Shown here piece by piece: positions 40,601 to 54,379 of a DNA stretch of 64,000 bases. The stretch comes from Balanoglossus misakiensis (taxonomy: Eukaryota; Animalia; Hemichordata). Numbering within the stretch: the first letter of the stretch is position 1; each line of letters begins with the position of its first letter. The notes below the pieces were generated by a model that ran no database searches, was not told the origin of the DNA, and saw nothing but the letters and a program-made list of their open reading frames with translations. The position numbers were made by a program, and so were the translations under genes. The stretch covers positions 10,987,656-11,051,655 of the forward strand of contig CM082583.2 in the NCBI GenBank assembly GCA_040954595.2. The letters run 5' to 3'.

Positions 40601-43600
40601 TTTAACCCCACAAATGCAAGAAATGTCAAACGTCACTTCACAAACAATGCAGATGGTATTTCTGTGACACGTTCAGTTCAGTTCAGTCGAACCACATCAC
40701 CTTACGTACGTAACCGTAAGTAACGATTTAATGGGTTTTACACATTTGCGCAAACTCCCACTTGAATTCTTCCAAATTACCTCGTAGCACAGATGTGTTA
40801 AACGTTATTTTCCGCGAGTTTTAGCCTCAAATATTGTGCTATAGTAGACATGTCATTACGGAGAATGTACCTCTTCGTACGTTCTTTAACAGATCTTCTA
40901 CGTTACTGAATAATTTATGTTGTCCTATAAAAAGTGGGACAATCGTATTGCTGTTTCACATATCTATTTCGACACTTTTTAAAGTGGAATATTGTATGCG
41001 TAAATCTTCAGAGCTGTCAATCTCCCGCGCGATTTTTTGCAGACAATCGAATAGCGTGACAAGGGCAAATGTAAAAGAAAGCATGGAGCGTAAAGAAAAC
41101 AACGCCTCACCCCACAAACTCACGTTCAACCATGACGTCACCGTGTTCGTGTCCACTTAACATCAACTCCGTGTGACTTGACAATGAACCCTATTTCATC
41201 TCAGGAAGTTTGTTAAAAATCCCCATCTATAAAAGTCATATCACTTGACTTATTTCGACTAGAAACATTATCTATGCCCCCCCCCCCCCCCCCGTAAAAC
41301 AAAACTGGGGATGGAGTTGTACACGTGCGGAATTCTATCCTGGCTGTTAGTTAGTCAGAGAATTAGCGTTAGGGCCTCGCAAATGCTTCTCTATATCTTC
41401 GGGGACCGGGTGAATGATTACTTTTACCAAGCATGGTCTGCTTTAATCTTCCCCTAATGCTTACAAATTGATTTTCCCTGAGTGTCCATGTACTATCCTA
41501 AATGTTGATATTGATGGCGGTGGCAATTTTGAACAGTGTGCTCCGACTGCCGGCGGTAAGGATTGCGTCCACCTTTTGTAGGCGCGTCACGTGGTCGGGA
41601 CTAACCTGTTTGTGTAAAATATAAAGCTACTATACATGGATGTGTGTTGGTCAAATTGGGATGCATCGAACGAAATTAAAGTAGACAGTTGTATTTCTTT
41701 TCTGAGTAAAACCAACGGGGCCGTACATCAGCCACAGAGGACCTTTAAATTGAATCATTCGTTTGATTAATATCTTGTGTAGTTGTGTCGCCGTAATCGG
41801 GTTATTTTCCTGATGTTAAGACTAATTAGCATGCATGGAAGCGATATATTGTCAGAGCCTCTAAAGGCCATCCCGAATGACAGAGTAATTTTAATAATGA
41901 ATGCGTCATGATTTTCCAAGGAATTTCATGTTTTTGAAATCAGACGAGGTCGTTGTGTCACAATTTGCGTCCGGACCTCAAAAACAAAGTCGTACAATGT
42001 TGCATGGATACATTTTAGAAGAGTTCTTACGTACAGTTTTTCCCTACAAGGATTAGGGCGGAAGGGATGGACATAGAGAGAGACAAACCCAGAAAGAGGC
42101 TAGGCGTGCAATCCTTAGATCTTTCTTTCCACATCATCGATATGCAAAGCATGTTTTGCATTTCAGTTGACACGAGTTCAAGTGATCTATCTACTCGAAA
42201 ATCACAAGTGAATTAAGATCCATTACCGGCGTTTTCGTTGCAGAAGAACTCTGCAATTAGTATAATCAGCGCATTTTTAAAAGCCACGAATTTCGCGACA
42301 TGCATGTTTGGTGTTTTCACTTTGCAGTATTTTTCCGACAGAGTAAATCACAGATAAAATGTTGTAACATATTAATTGATAATGTGTGGTGAAAGAAAAG
42401 TTTTAATACAACATTAAAAGTTGAAGGCGCTTGATGCGAAGTTTTTGTGAATAACGCGAAAGTCTTCCGAATTTCCGAGGTCAAAAACTGTTCTCGAAGT
42501 TGACTGAATATTCGCTGGTAGATAGTTCCATGAACGGTTGACGATCGCATATGCAATCAGCCAATGTCCTGTACTGACAACTTCTCCCGGACTTCCTTTC
42601 TTGTCCCACCAGTGCCGACGGTAACTACGAACCGACGTTGATGACGAAAGCACTGGTATACAACACAGGGACAATTTACTGGCTACCGCCGGCTATTTAC
42701 AAAAGTGCGTGCAATATCGACGTCCAGTATTTCCCGTTCGACGAGCAGCGGTGCGTGATGAAGTTCGGGTCGTGGACTTACGACGGCAGGGTGCTGGATC
42801 TTGTCATGATGGACGAGGATGTCGATCTGGAGGATTACTGGGAGAGCGGCGAATGGGATATCTTAGACTCACCCGGCACCAAGAACACCATGAAGTATCC
42901 GTGCTGCGAGGAGATATACACGGATATCACCTTCAACTTTGTGATACGCCGTAAGCCGCTCTTCTACACCGTGAACTTGATCATTCCTTGCGTGCTCATC
43001 TCCTTCCTGTCCGTGTTGGTCTTTTACCTGCCCTCTGACTGCGGGGAGAAGATCTCCCTGTGCATCTCGGTGTTGCTGGCCCTCACCGTGTTCCTCTTGC
43101 TGATCTCGGAGATCATCCCGCCCACCTCGGTGCTGATCCCGCTGATCGGTCGCTACCTCCTCTTCACCATGGTCTTGGTTACCTTCTCCATCGTCATCAC
43201 CGTCATCGTGCTCAACGTGCATCACCGCTCGCCCAGTACGCACTGCATGCCCCGCTGGGTCAGGAAGGCCTTCCTGGAACTGGTGCCGCCCTGGATCGGG
43301 ATGAGGAAGTACAGCCAGAGCAGAAGCGAGGACGGCTACCGCAAACAGGACGCAAATATTGAACTCAGAGATTTCGAGCCCATCCCCCAGAGGAACAGCT
43401 TCGATGAGGGCATGACGCAAAACGAGTGCTTCTCCAGCGGTTCCCAGGTCAGGACTATTTCCCACGAGCTCTTCAAAGATCCCAGGGACAGAGATTGCTT
43501 GAGGGGGTGCTGTGGCTCTGTGCCTCCCCGTGGGGAAGTTGACGACGCCGTCAGAAGTGTCCGATTTATCGCAGATCACATGAGGAAGGAGGATAACTTC

Positions 43601-44458
43601 AACACGGTTAGTTACCGATTTGTATTTAATCATTTAGGTTATCCTTAAAATCGGTAGCGGACGTAACCAAGAAATGTTTCCTTCCCGTTGCCATAATTTC
43701 ACTTCGCAGTATTCATACCTGCAAGTTGTAATGAGCAATAATTGCATGGTTGAAGCCACATGAATATTTTAAGTTGACATCATCTGTCTGTCATATTCTC
43801 AATGCAAAAATGTCATGGCCTGTACTCTGTTAGCATCCTACCCCGTCGCGCTTTACTGAGAGAAGACAAACACGGGCAAAGAATTCTCTGTAAATGCCAA
43901 AGTAGGAATCAGTCACCATGGAATCTTCAAAAAACCAATCACCTTTAAAATTTCATGTACTCAAAACGTGAGAAATCTCACCTGTACATATGAGCAGTGA
44001 AGTAAAGTACACGAATGGAATGATTTTAAGACGTTAATGTTTCATGACATTTTCACATGAATTATTGACATTTCATGTACGGCTTAGAATGTTCAATGGA
44101 CACTTGATTCAGGATCCTTGTACCTAACAACGTTAGACAACGTTAGACAACGTTAGACAACGTTAGACATGTTTTTATTACTGTGTCGGTATGATTTTCT
44201 AAAATACAACAAAATTATTTACTCCGATGTTAATGAATAATCATTTTGGTGTGACGATAACGAGAGAGGGCTCCCTATCGATTCTTGCTCAGTAAAGGTG
44301 TGTCGTTTTTCTTGCAGGTGAGCGAGGAATGGAAATACGTTGCCATGGTTTTAGACAGAATATTTCTGTGGATTTTCTTGGTCGTTGTTATATGCGGATC
44401 GGGAATAATCATTCTATCGGCACCAAATATATTTGACAGCTACGAAACGCAAAAATGA
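34694..44458 (+). CDS. Nicotinic acetylcholine receptor alpha-type subunit (neuronal heteromeric class), copy B, 494 aa; exons 34694..34748, 37363..37502, 38921..38965, 40254..40363, 42613..43606, 44318..44458
   Basis: Kozak gccATG followed by signal peptide [30 protein letters not shown]. Intron positions and phases match copy A (140/45/110/141-nt exons). Cys-loop [15 protein letters not shown], loop [23 protein letters not shown]4 [17 protein letters not shown]. Stop TGA at 44456-44458. Confidence 0.96.
37284..37305. repeat. Short (TGAG)n tetranucleotide repeat just upstream of the exon 2 acceptor of nAChR copy B
   Basis: tgagtgagtgagtgagtgagtg is directly visible. Confidence 0.8.
44127..44169. 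repeat. 10-bp tandem repeat (ACAACGTTAG)x4
   Basis: Four perfect copies in the last intron of nAChR copy B. Confidence 0.95.
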
Positions 44459-47081
44459 CACCAAGAGAGAAGAGAGTGTGAAGGTCGATGTTTGTATTTG
44501 TATTTGTGTGGCGAAATGACAGTCGAGCGTCCGTTGGGAAGTGTCGTTATTCTTCAGGTCTTCAGTCGGATTATGTTGTCAAAAGTTAAGTGATCAATGT
44601 GTTGCCGCCGGTGTGATGTGACATTTACCGTTGCCAAGGTAACAGCCCTGGAGGTTATTGTCATTAGCTTTATGATGACATATGATGACGCAGTAAAAAA
44701 AATAAAACTGGACTGCTCGCGTTTTTCGGGTCAAAATTGTTAACCGCAATTCCACGTGTGTACGACTGGAATGAACAATTGTATCAATTGGGTGATCAAA
44801 GCTTAGTGAGTAATTTTGTAAAGGCCTAAGGAGCTCGTTATGCTTCGAAATGTATTTATTGTCAACAGAGTTATCCAGGCACCGCCTGAGAGTTATCTAT
44901 ACTCTTCCTCTTGTTGGTTAAGTCCCGTAGCTGCTACTTTTGATGATTTTATTCGAAATTTCACATGAAAATTGAATGTGTCATCAATATTTATGCGTAG
45001 TTCCCAATTTATTTGGACAACTGAAGCGAGGAATAGTCTTGTTCTCCTAATTTATGCAAAGTTGATGACTTTTATGATGTGATTGTTTCGCACGGTCACA
45101 TGTACAATGATGTATACACGAAAAGCAATAATCTTGCGAGTGAAACGCAATAACTCACCGATCAGTATTTGAACATTGAGTAACCAAGCATAATTGTGAT
45201 TTGTCAATCTTGACGGGATACCATGCTCTGCTATATGCAAATTTAAGTTCAAGGGTCAGCCAAACCCTACCTCCCTCCCCCACCTTCCTATTTGTCAAGT
45301 TATAAACCGTACGTACATTGTCCATATTCTCAATTTTGTGCCATGTTTGATGTACGTAACATGTGGTTCTGCTTTGTCGCATTAGTGAGGACAAGTTTCA
45401 GAGTCAATAAAATTGTCGTATTTATGTTGTTTCCGAGTGTTTGTGAGTTCATACATTGCAGGTACCAAGGCGAAAAATGAAGAATATATGGATCATGGAT
45501 GAGAACTAGCAAAACTAGAAAAAGTCGTAACGCCGCCAACGGGCGCCCGACACGAAACCAACCATGTGTTGTATGGAGGCGCTCTCCTCGTCCTCGTTTT
45601 CAGCCCCTGGAGATATGGTAAGCACGGTTGACTGAACAGACCACCGTCTTTCAGTCTATAAATTATATTAACTTGCAGTTTTAAAGGCAAATTACAGGCA
45701 TTTATTTATCATTGATTATTATATTCTTTGTATGGCCTGGAAAAGTGGAACTAAACCAAAAAGAGGAGGGTGAGAGGGGGCAAAGGAGGTCAATGAAGAC
45801 TAAAATGTACTCAGTAATCCAGATATGGAGTAAACCCTTTATTTTTTGTTTGGTGGCAACATGACTTTGTAAATTCACAATATACAGTTATACTTGCTGT
45901 ATTCTCGAATATATTACACATTTATCTTGGCAAGAGTTGTGGATACAATGCATAGAATGTCAGGAAAATTGTAAAAAAATCACAACAAGAAACAACGTGA
46001 AATGTTTCACCGCACACTTACATAATTTATGAGTTTGCACAAAATATAAATAAAAATTGCAAAGAATATAAATATAATGAATAAAAAGTCAGATTCTGAT
46101 ACTTGAATCTCAAACAAAAATCTTAAAAATAAAAAAAAGAAAGTAGCTAGAGATATAATTGCGTTAAGGTAATACATGTATGCAGGCTCTGTTAACATTT
46201 ACTGAGTAACATATACTACCTTTAATTTTAGAAAAACACTGATCATTGACTTCTATTGCCTTTCATAGCAGCTACCAAAGCATCAATCAATTAATGAGTT
46301 AATTTCAGCAAAATTCATTATTCAGTCAATGATAGAAGACACTAACTGCTATTCATTAAAATTCTTAAATTACACTATGATTAAATTAATTTTAGAAATA
46401 CATTATTTTTATTCTGTAAAGCCTATTCGAGGTAATACCAATGTTTCGTAGATATTTAAAATCCTTTTGTAAAAAAGCTCAGCTCGTATACCATACAAAT
46501 ATCTCAGTTAAAACCCTTGTGATCACGGTTATCAGCATATGCATATCGTTTCAGGTTTGCTTTATTGATTTTACCTTGAAACAACCTTCTTCACTGAGCA
46601 TTCTAAAGCATTTTAAACAAAACAGTTAATAAAGCTATTAAACTTATTTTTAGAAGACCCATTCTTCATATTTGGCCTTGAACCTCTCCTGATCTAAAAA
46701 TCTGTTAATTTTAGAAACTCACACAAACTGGGTAGGTTTTCATGGTATCAAATTGTTATTCAAAGACTTGAAATGATACTAGTTCAAGGGTAAGAAGGGA
46801 AACTGTCTGTAATGACATTGATTAAACATAAAGACACATTCAGTACTGTACAGTGGTGAAATTGTTGCAACGGCAGATCTGCTGTCATATGAGTTGTGTT
46901 TCACTTATAAAGTACAATAACTATAGACTGGTAACCATTTTGACCATGATCTGTATATTTTCATAAATACATCTTTCTTTACTAAGTTCAATATCATTCT
47001 CTCGCCAACCAAAACATGCTTTCTGATTATTTGCACTTGTGAATCTAGTCTCATTCATATTATTTCGTTGAGGGTTTGATA

Positions 47082-49113
47082 TCAGAGTGTGGTTGTTCTC
47101 TTACTGATGGTAACACACCCCTGTAACTTGACAGGGTAAGGCAGGTTTGGCAGAACCGTCCAACGATCCGTCGAGGGGTCGTAACACTCCATGCTGTCTA
47201 TCGGCGAATTGGGCTGACGCTCTCCCCCCGTCACGTACAGTTTCCCGTTGCAAACCGTGGCGGCACAGCTGGCTCTCTTGCGGTGCATGCTCTCTGCCTG
47301 TCGCCAACTGTCCGTGTCTGGATTGTAACAATGCACGATTGTGGAGAGGCAACCCACCACGTAGATGCATCCCTTCAAGACTACGGCCGAGATGCAAGAC
47401 AGAGAGTGGGGCATAGGTGCCACAAACGTCCAGGTGTCGGTGCAGTGATCGTAGCACTGCACTTTGTCTGTTGTTGACTCGTTAGACACTGACCCACCTA
47501 GGACGTATACTCTTCCACTGCAGGTCACAATGGCTGGTGAACTCACAGCTTCTAACAGTGGGGTGACCTGTAACATGACAGCAAAAAATAAATATTAAAT
47601 CAGTCTTATGTATATACATGCACATATGTATGTCAGTATGTGTTTGTCCTGTAAGATGTCTGGATAATGTTTTGTACTGTAGATGGTTCATGACCCAGCA
47701 GATGATTTTTCAAGGTGACTGCATGTATGTCAAAATGACAAAGTTCCCAAGAGACGTGGATACTAGACTAATTACCAACACACTTTATAGTGCAATAAGA
47801 GTTCTTCTATTGCCAGATTAGACAAGGGTTCAGACTAAACAGGTTTCCCTGCAGTCCTAAACACTCCATACCTCTTCCCATTTGTTGTTTTTCGGATCAA
47901 ATCTTTCCACACTTGTCAGCCTAGACGATCCGTCATATCCACCAACCACGTACACATATCCGTCCAAGGAGGTTGATCCATGCCGATGCCTAGGTTGGTT
48001 CATGGGCGCAGATTCGAACCACTTGTTCAGTTTGATGCTATACATGGAGACCTTGCCTTGCAAACCAGTCACGTAGACATCATTGCCAAGTGACGTGACG
48101 CTGTACGGACTATCGCTGTTCTTGGGTAGTTTGGTTAGAGTTGACCATTTTTGCCGTGCTGGCTCATACAGAGTGACGTCGGCAATTTTGCTGTTGCCGA
48201 CCCCAACACCACCGACTATAACAACAGTACTTTGAAGCCTCGCGCCAACCTTGGGTTGCGTGATCAGATTGCTCTTCAGAGTACGGTACTTTTTAGTAGC
48301 TGCCATGAATTTGTCAAAGACGTCGGATTTCATGACGTAGGTATTTTGAAGGATGACCTCGAGGAGAAATTTCGAGGACAGGAGATTGATGCGAAGTTGT
48401 TCCAGAAGTTCGGGTAAATGTTTCTCTCTCTTTGTCGGGTTGTGCGATATCCACCGTATCATTGTCTCAAAAACGGCCTCCTCCGTCTCTATGTGCAACT
48501 CGTCACAGGACAGATACTTCAGCAGATAGTCTTTCTGCAGCAACAAAATCTCGTTGTGTTTGCACACTTCCGGAAAGTTCTCCAGCGCAAAATGCCAGGA
48601 TTTCTCGCAGAGGTTTATGCAGGAATGTTGGTCAGCGAAGAAATGGATTCCCAAACAGTTGTGCATGTCGAGCTGCATTTCCAGGAAATCAGCGCAGGCG
48701 TCTCTGACGGGAATGATCTGGAACAGGTCGGCTGCCTCCAGCAGCGACTGGACGTTCTGTTCCGTTATCTGCACTTTCGACGTGTACGCGTAGTCCAGGA
48801 TCAGATTCATACTCTCCGCCTTGACGTTCTTGATCGTGATCTTATCTTCCCGGCGTTCCTTCAAATCCGTGGAGAACATGGATAGAAAGTAGCTGCTGGT
48901 TGCGGCCAACACATTTCTGTGACAGTGGAAGTCGCAACTCTCCACCTGCAAGGTGACGTCGGTGAACAACCTCTGTATTCGCATCTGGCACATTTCATGC
49001 AACACATCGGTAATGTGTGATTCTTCCTGGAAATCATAGTTGGTCGGCTTCAGAGCGGCAAATGGCTGCCCCAGGGACAGGGGGAGTGGCAGTGGCCCAA
49101 GTAGTGATGACAT
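47082..49113 (-). CDS. KLHL24: Kelch-like protein (BTB-BACK-Kelch, Cullin-3 adaptor), most similar by eye to the KLHL24/KLHL35 group, 575 aa; coding exons 49113..47872, 47567..47082
   Basis: BTB motifs RLFTDVTL..CHRNVLAATSSYF and VQSLLEAADLFQ, BACK motif NCLGI..EEAVFE, and Kelch repeats with GG/Y/W. The C-terminal segments EAVSSPA, DKVQCYD, CNGKLYVTGG and GCVTI match recalled KLHL24. Phase-0 GT-AG intron at 47871..47568. An acceptor at 49153 implies an upstream non-coding exon. The family is certain; the orthology is not. Confidence 0.85.
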
Positions 49114-52100
49114 CCTGATTGTCTTCAAATGATTGTCATTTCATTTCTTACACTGAAAAGAAAAACAATCACAAGCATTAGAAACACAAACAGTTGTACA
49201 TTTCGTTCAATTAATCAATCGGAGTGCCTGGAAATGTTACGTGTATATATCAGACAACTAAATTTACATGTATATATGTGATTATGATAAGTGGTCCCAC
49301 TGGGTATTTTCTGACTGTAATGGAACTTTCCATTTGCCACTGTGCCACCCTAAAAAATACCAAATGAACAGCCCTGAAACTCATGGCATCAATTTTTGTC
49401 ACTTTCATATGAAATGATGAATTCCATAATTTCCAGGTTTTGTTTGTTACTTGTGCAAGCAGCTTATTTTGTGTGCGAAGGAAGTTAACCAGCGCTTAAT
49501 TGAATTAATTTCCATCACACACACAAAAAGAAAACTGTCAGCAAGTTTGACTCAATCATCAGCTATAGAATTCAAAAGAGGAGAAAACTGAATTCCTGAT
49601 TCACACTGTATGGTTACCATGTCAACGGCACAGCAGGAATGACAGTTATAGTCACCACTGACGTCAGTTTCAGAATGCTGCATATACACTTACAGTAAAT
49701 GACAGGTAATGGCCAAACAACAAGGTCACCAAAAGTCACCATGTGCCTGGCATATATGCAGGCAGTTAATACAAATTATATGCGTTAACAGAAACTGGGG
49801 CAATCAAGGGGCCTAATAATATTTGGGGAAGCTCAAGTGAGGCTTAACTAGAAATATTATCTGAAATACATGCCACATGTGATGGGTTGCATGTAAAATA
49901 ACCTTCAGACATCATATCAATTTATATTAGACCAATCAATGTACAATCCTCCAGATGTGGTTTCATAACATGTGCAGGGCAGCTCATCAATGGCAGTGCA
50001 TGGACCTAAAATAGAAGTGCATGGTCCTCTGTTCAGAATTCAAAGGCTGAAGCATTTTGATAGCAGAATAATTAAGGACATTTGAGTGTGTGTGTCCCTA
50101 TAGATTCTGATATTTTCTATTGACGTCAGCATTGTCACAAATTGAATGGAGAACTCCACTGCTAGTGCACAAGGTGACACCATTGGACGCTAGAATCATT
50201 ATGTACCTGACAACTTGAATAAACAGAAACTTTCAAGAGGGCTACAGAGAATCTTTCAAAGAAAATATTTACCTATGGCAACAGTGTCGTCATGTGCTTG
50301 AAACTTTTCATCCAAAAATAATGGAATGCACTGAATTATAGATTACGCTGAAAAATTGCAGATAAACAGCTGGTGACATGCAAATGTCATTGCAGGCACA
50401 GCTGCTTTATCTGTTGATTCATTTTGGTTGAAAATGGTCCATGTATAGAATGACGTTGCTAATTAAGATATCTAATGTAATATGCATAGCTGTACAGATA
50501 CAATACTGATGAGAGACTTACTATGTTTTTGCTGATGCTATTCAAATATAGCAATCAGGGTGACCCAGGTATACCCAGAACACAATGTACAGACCGCACC
50601 CACCACTATCAAAACCATTGAGAACAAACATGACAGGTTTTGAAATGATAGTTCTCTCTTACATTAAACATGTAGCCAGAAATGTACGTGCCCTGGCATT
50701 TCATCATGGGGCACTATGTAATTGCCACTTTGGATAAAAATGAAATATTCATGTAACATCTGCAGATGAAATGATAAAATTCTGCATATATTAAAAATAC
50801 ATTGGCAAAAGTGTCGGATAACATATTACCATGATACAGCTAAGGCAGAACCATCTGTTCATTTCGTGAATGTTGGAGTCGATCACCAGTCACTGATGTG
50901 AACATCCAGATGCAAAATTGTCCCTCGCTTCTTTGGAGTATCAACTACAAACCAACACTGTAGGCGGTCAAATTAAGTCAACTGACCGGTCCAATAACAC
51001 GCTTTAGAAGCGAAAACACTCAAACTCAAGTGTTGTCTCTCACCAGCAGACTGGCTCTTGTGTCAACCACAAACTGTCACGAACAGTCAAAGTGAATGGG
51101 TCCAATGTTGTCTCACTCATTAAACGCTGGTCTAGAAGTGGAAATTACTAAAGTGACAATTACATGTAAGACGTCAACATTCCAATAGTGTCTGGTAATA
51201 GCATTGCTCACTGGTGCCAACTTCGTACCAACACAATCACCAATGATGTGAGAGTGGTCCAATCCTCGCTAACACTTAAACAGCCACGCAAATGTGAAGA
51301 CTGCACAACTGACTCAGCAAATATAAACAAGTATGATTGTTGCCTTGTTTACTCAAACCCAGAGTATTGCCACTGCATGCAAAGCACGTACCCAATTCAG
51401 TTTTTTTTTCATCTTGGGGATGCATTAATCGAAGATGGGAGTGATTAAACAGAAATTAGCATATGAAATGACTGTCTGAAAACACTATCACCATGAACCA
51501 GCCTCCGCCCACATGAGGCACTGAGAAAGTATGTCACTTTTGTCACTCAACAGTTGACAACAATCAAGGTAGAGTTTTTGTTGTGTAAATATCAAGATAT
51601 TGAGACCGGTCGGTGTTATAAAAATTTTACGATTGCAACTGCGTGAAAAGGTGTCTTAAGTTAACTGCCTTCCGTTACCCGGCCCACCTATGCAGAGCAC
51701 AAATTGAGGACTCACGACTTCCATTGAAATCAGATCTCCTCAAAGTGTCACCAGTTCTAAACCTCCACGGTTTTAACCATTGCAACAGACATGACGTCAA
51801 GTAGAACCTTGTGTGAAAAGATCAATGGCCACCCATTTGTGGCAAGTCTAGTCACTGACACAAAGCTCCTGTTCCCAGGATACTGTCATTAATGAAGGGT
51901 GTAGCCAGCACAGCACGCAGTACAGTTGCCAAGAAAAACACTGCATCAGGAAAAGAGCTTTCAATGGTTTTCATTTGAACTTGGTCAAGGAGAACAATCC
52001 TGTGTTGATGTAAGATGTTCCCAAGGGAGCATGGCATTAGAAAAAATAAATAATGGAGAGCTCAGGCTCTCTGACCTCTGGAAGATGTTATAAGGTCAAG

Positions 52101-54379
52101 GTCTATTGTATATTACAAATCTTAATGGCCAAGTTTGTGAATCTGCCACCTGTTTGAATTTGGGATTTCCAAGTTTCACTTTTAAGTGTTCGTTTCCCAC
52201 CAGTTAGTCCAAACCAAACTCAATTTTCCATGGTACACCAAAGTTGAACATCCATACAGAGGGAAACAGGGGTGAATTAAGGGTTAAGAGACAAAATTTC
52301 ACTGCCCTGCTTGTCAGCATGAGTGATCACTGTGTTAGCCACTTTGGCTTTAATTGTAAGTGTGACCCGTTTCAGACTGGGTGCTTGCTCTGATAGCTCT
52401 GTTCAGACGCATTCAATCCTTTGAATACAAGCACTGCAGGCAAATCAACCAACATACACACACACACCCCATATAATACATAAAATCATTAAATCAACGA
52501 CTCCATGCTTAATGCAAGTACTCGGGAGACCCATTAACAGGACACTGTTAGAAAGTTAATGACAATAGGGCAGAAAGAACACCCACGTCACAAAACTTTA
52601 TTTTAAATCTGCAGTACTGAAAATAAATGGACATTTTTAAGTTGCAACTACTATCTTATAGTATACAGTCACAGTCTGTTTGCTATTTGGCCCTTGGTGT
52701 TCTTTTCAAATACCTTGTTTGACTATGCACATTTTTTCTGAACTGTGAGCTAACATGCACAATAGTACCATAAGAAAGGCCCTGTTCCCAAATGTCCACC
52801 CATTGGTAAACACAACTAACAAACAACACGGATCTGATGTGCATTTAAAAACATCTAGTGTTTGTCATCCAAGTTGTTGCCCAAACTAACCAGCAAGAAC
52901 CTGCATATATCAGCACAGTACAGGCCTGGTGGATTTTATTAATTAACTCTTAAATAATTATAAGTGTATATGCATCATAATTGGTGAATCACTTTCTGAA
53001 AACCACAAGAATCTCAAACACCACATGATGTCCAGCCACAACAAGAATGCAGTACCAAAGGGCAATACTTAATCCTTTCCAGTACAATAGGCCATTTGAA
53101 TTCTTCTGCATCTTGAAGTCAAGTGGGCGTTACTTAAGACTCCTAATGTTACCTGCCTGGTTACCTGCATCCACTATGGCTGCATCTGATTTGAGTTTTC
53201 AGATTTACATCACTTGTTGAAGAATGTCAGTGAACCACGGAGTGGCTGATTGATTTCTGTCTGACTGTCTGCAATCAGGATTGGGACAATTTCTATACCT
53301 GTGACAAATAAGTTACCTGTAGTCGTTCATGTTGGTGGTCATGTTTTCCCTTCAATGATCAATGAACCATGTCAAAACACGGGTTAAGGTCACAAGAGAT
53401 GAAACCAAGTATGAGATTAAGTCAGGGAAACAAAATCAGTGGTAAAGGTTATTTCTGAGGTGGAACTATGTTTTTTTCCGCTGAGTAATTTTGTTTGTTA
53501 ATCTTCTCATGCAGTACTGATCGAAGTACGTGGGCTGAGAGAACTTTGAAGACCAAGACGTGGGCCATTTCAGCAGAACAGCATCTTCACTCATATTGCA
53601 TTTTACTTCACTTTCTTTTGTTGAAGTTGATTTAAAAAACAATCTCTAGCATTGGACGGGAAAGGCAGAAGTAAGCACAGTTTAGTATTCACATGCACCC
53701 CTCATCATCACAAAACCAAATAAAGAAGAAAGGAATATTATCAACATTCTGGCCACTTTTTTCTTTAAAATCATGAAACCATGGAGAGGGTGAATGGGGG
53801 TGAGTGGAGTGCAATTGTGCCACTGGTGCATTAAACGCTGAAGTGGAACCGACACTGATTAATGAATATTTCATGTGACCCCCCTTTTGAGTCGACCATC
53901 CGCCTTGCAGAAAGTGAATCCATGTCATGTATGCATCAGTAGCTCTGTGGTTTAGGCTGTTTGGCTTGGCTGTCTCCAGAACATGCGGGGCAAGCTGACC
54001 GCAATCACATTCAAATTAGCTATACTGGACAAAGTAGATCAAGATGACCCTGAAAACCCATAAAATAAGGGGTTTATTATCACTGGAGGAAAAACAGACA
54101 GCTATTGTATTAAAATCACAAGAATATAGTTAAAGTATCAATTTAAAATCTGATATCACAGAGTTTGCAATGATTCTATACACCTCGTGTTTACGGTATC
54201 ATTGGTAGTACTTTTCTGATTCCAATGGGATTTCTCATACGAAGAGACCATTTTACTCTCCTTTGCAGAGTAGACCTACGTCATACTTCTCTAATGCACT
54301 CCCATTCACAGCCTATCTATACAAAAAATAGTGTCACATGTATTCAGACGTGGCTGCTTTCATGATCGCCCACACTTAA

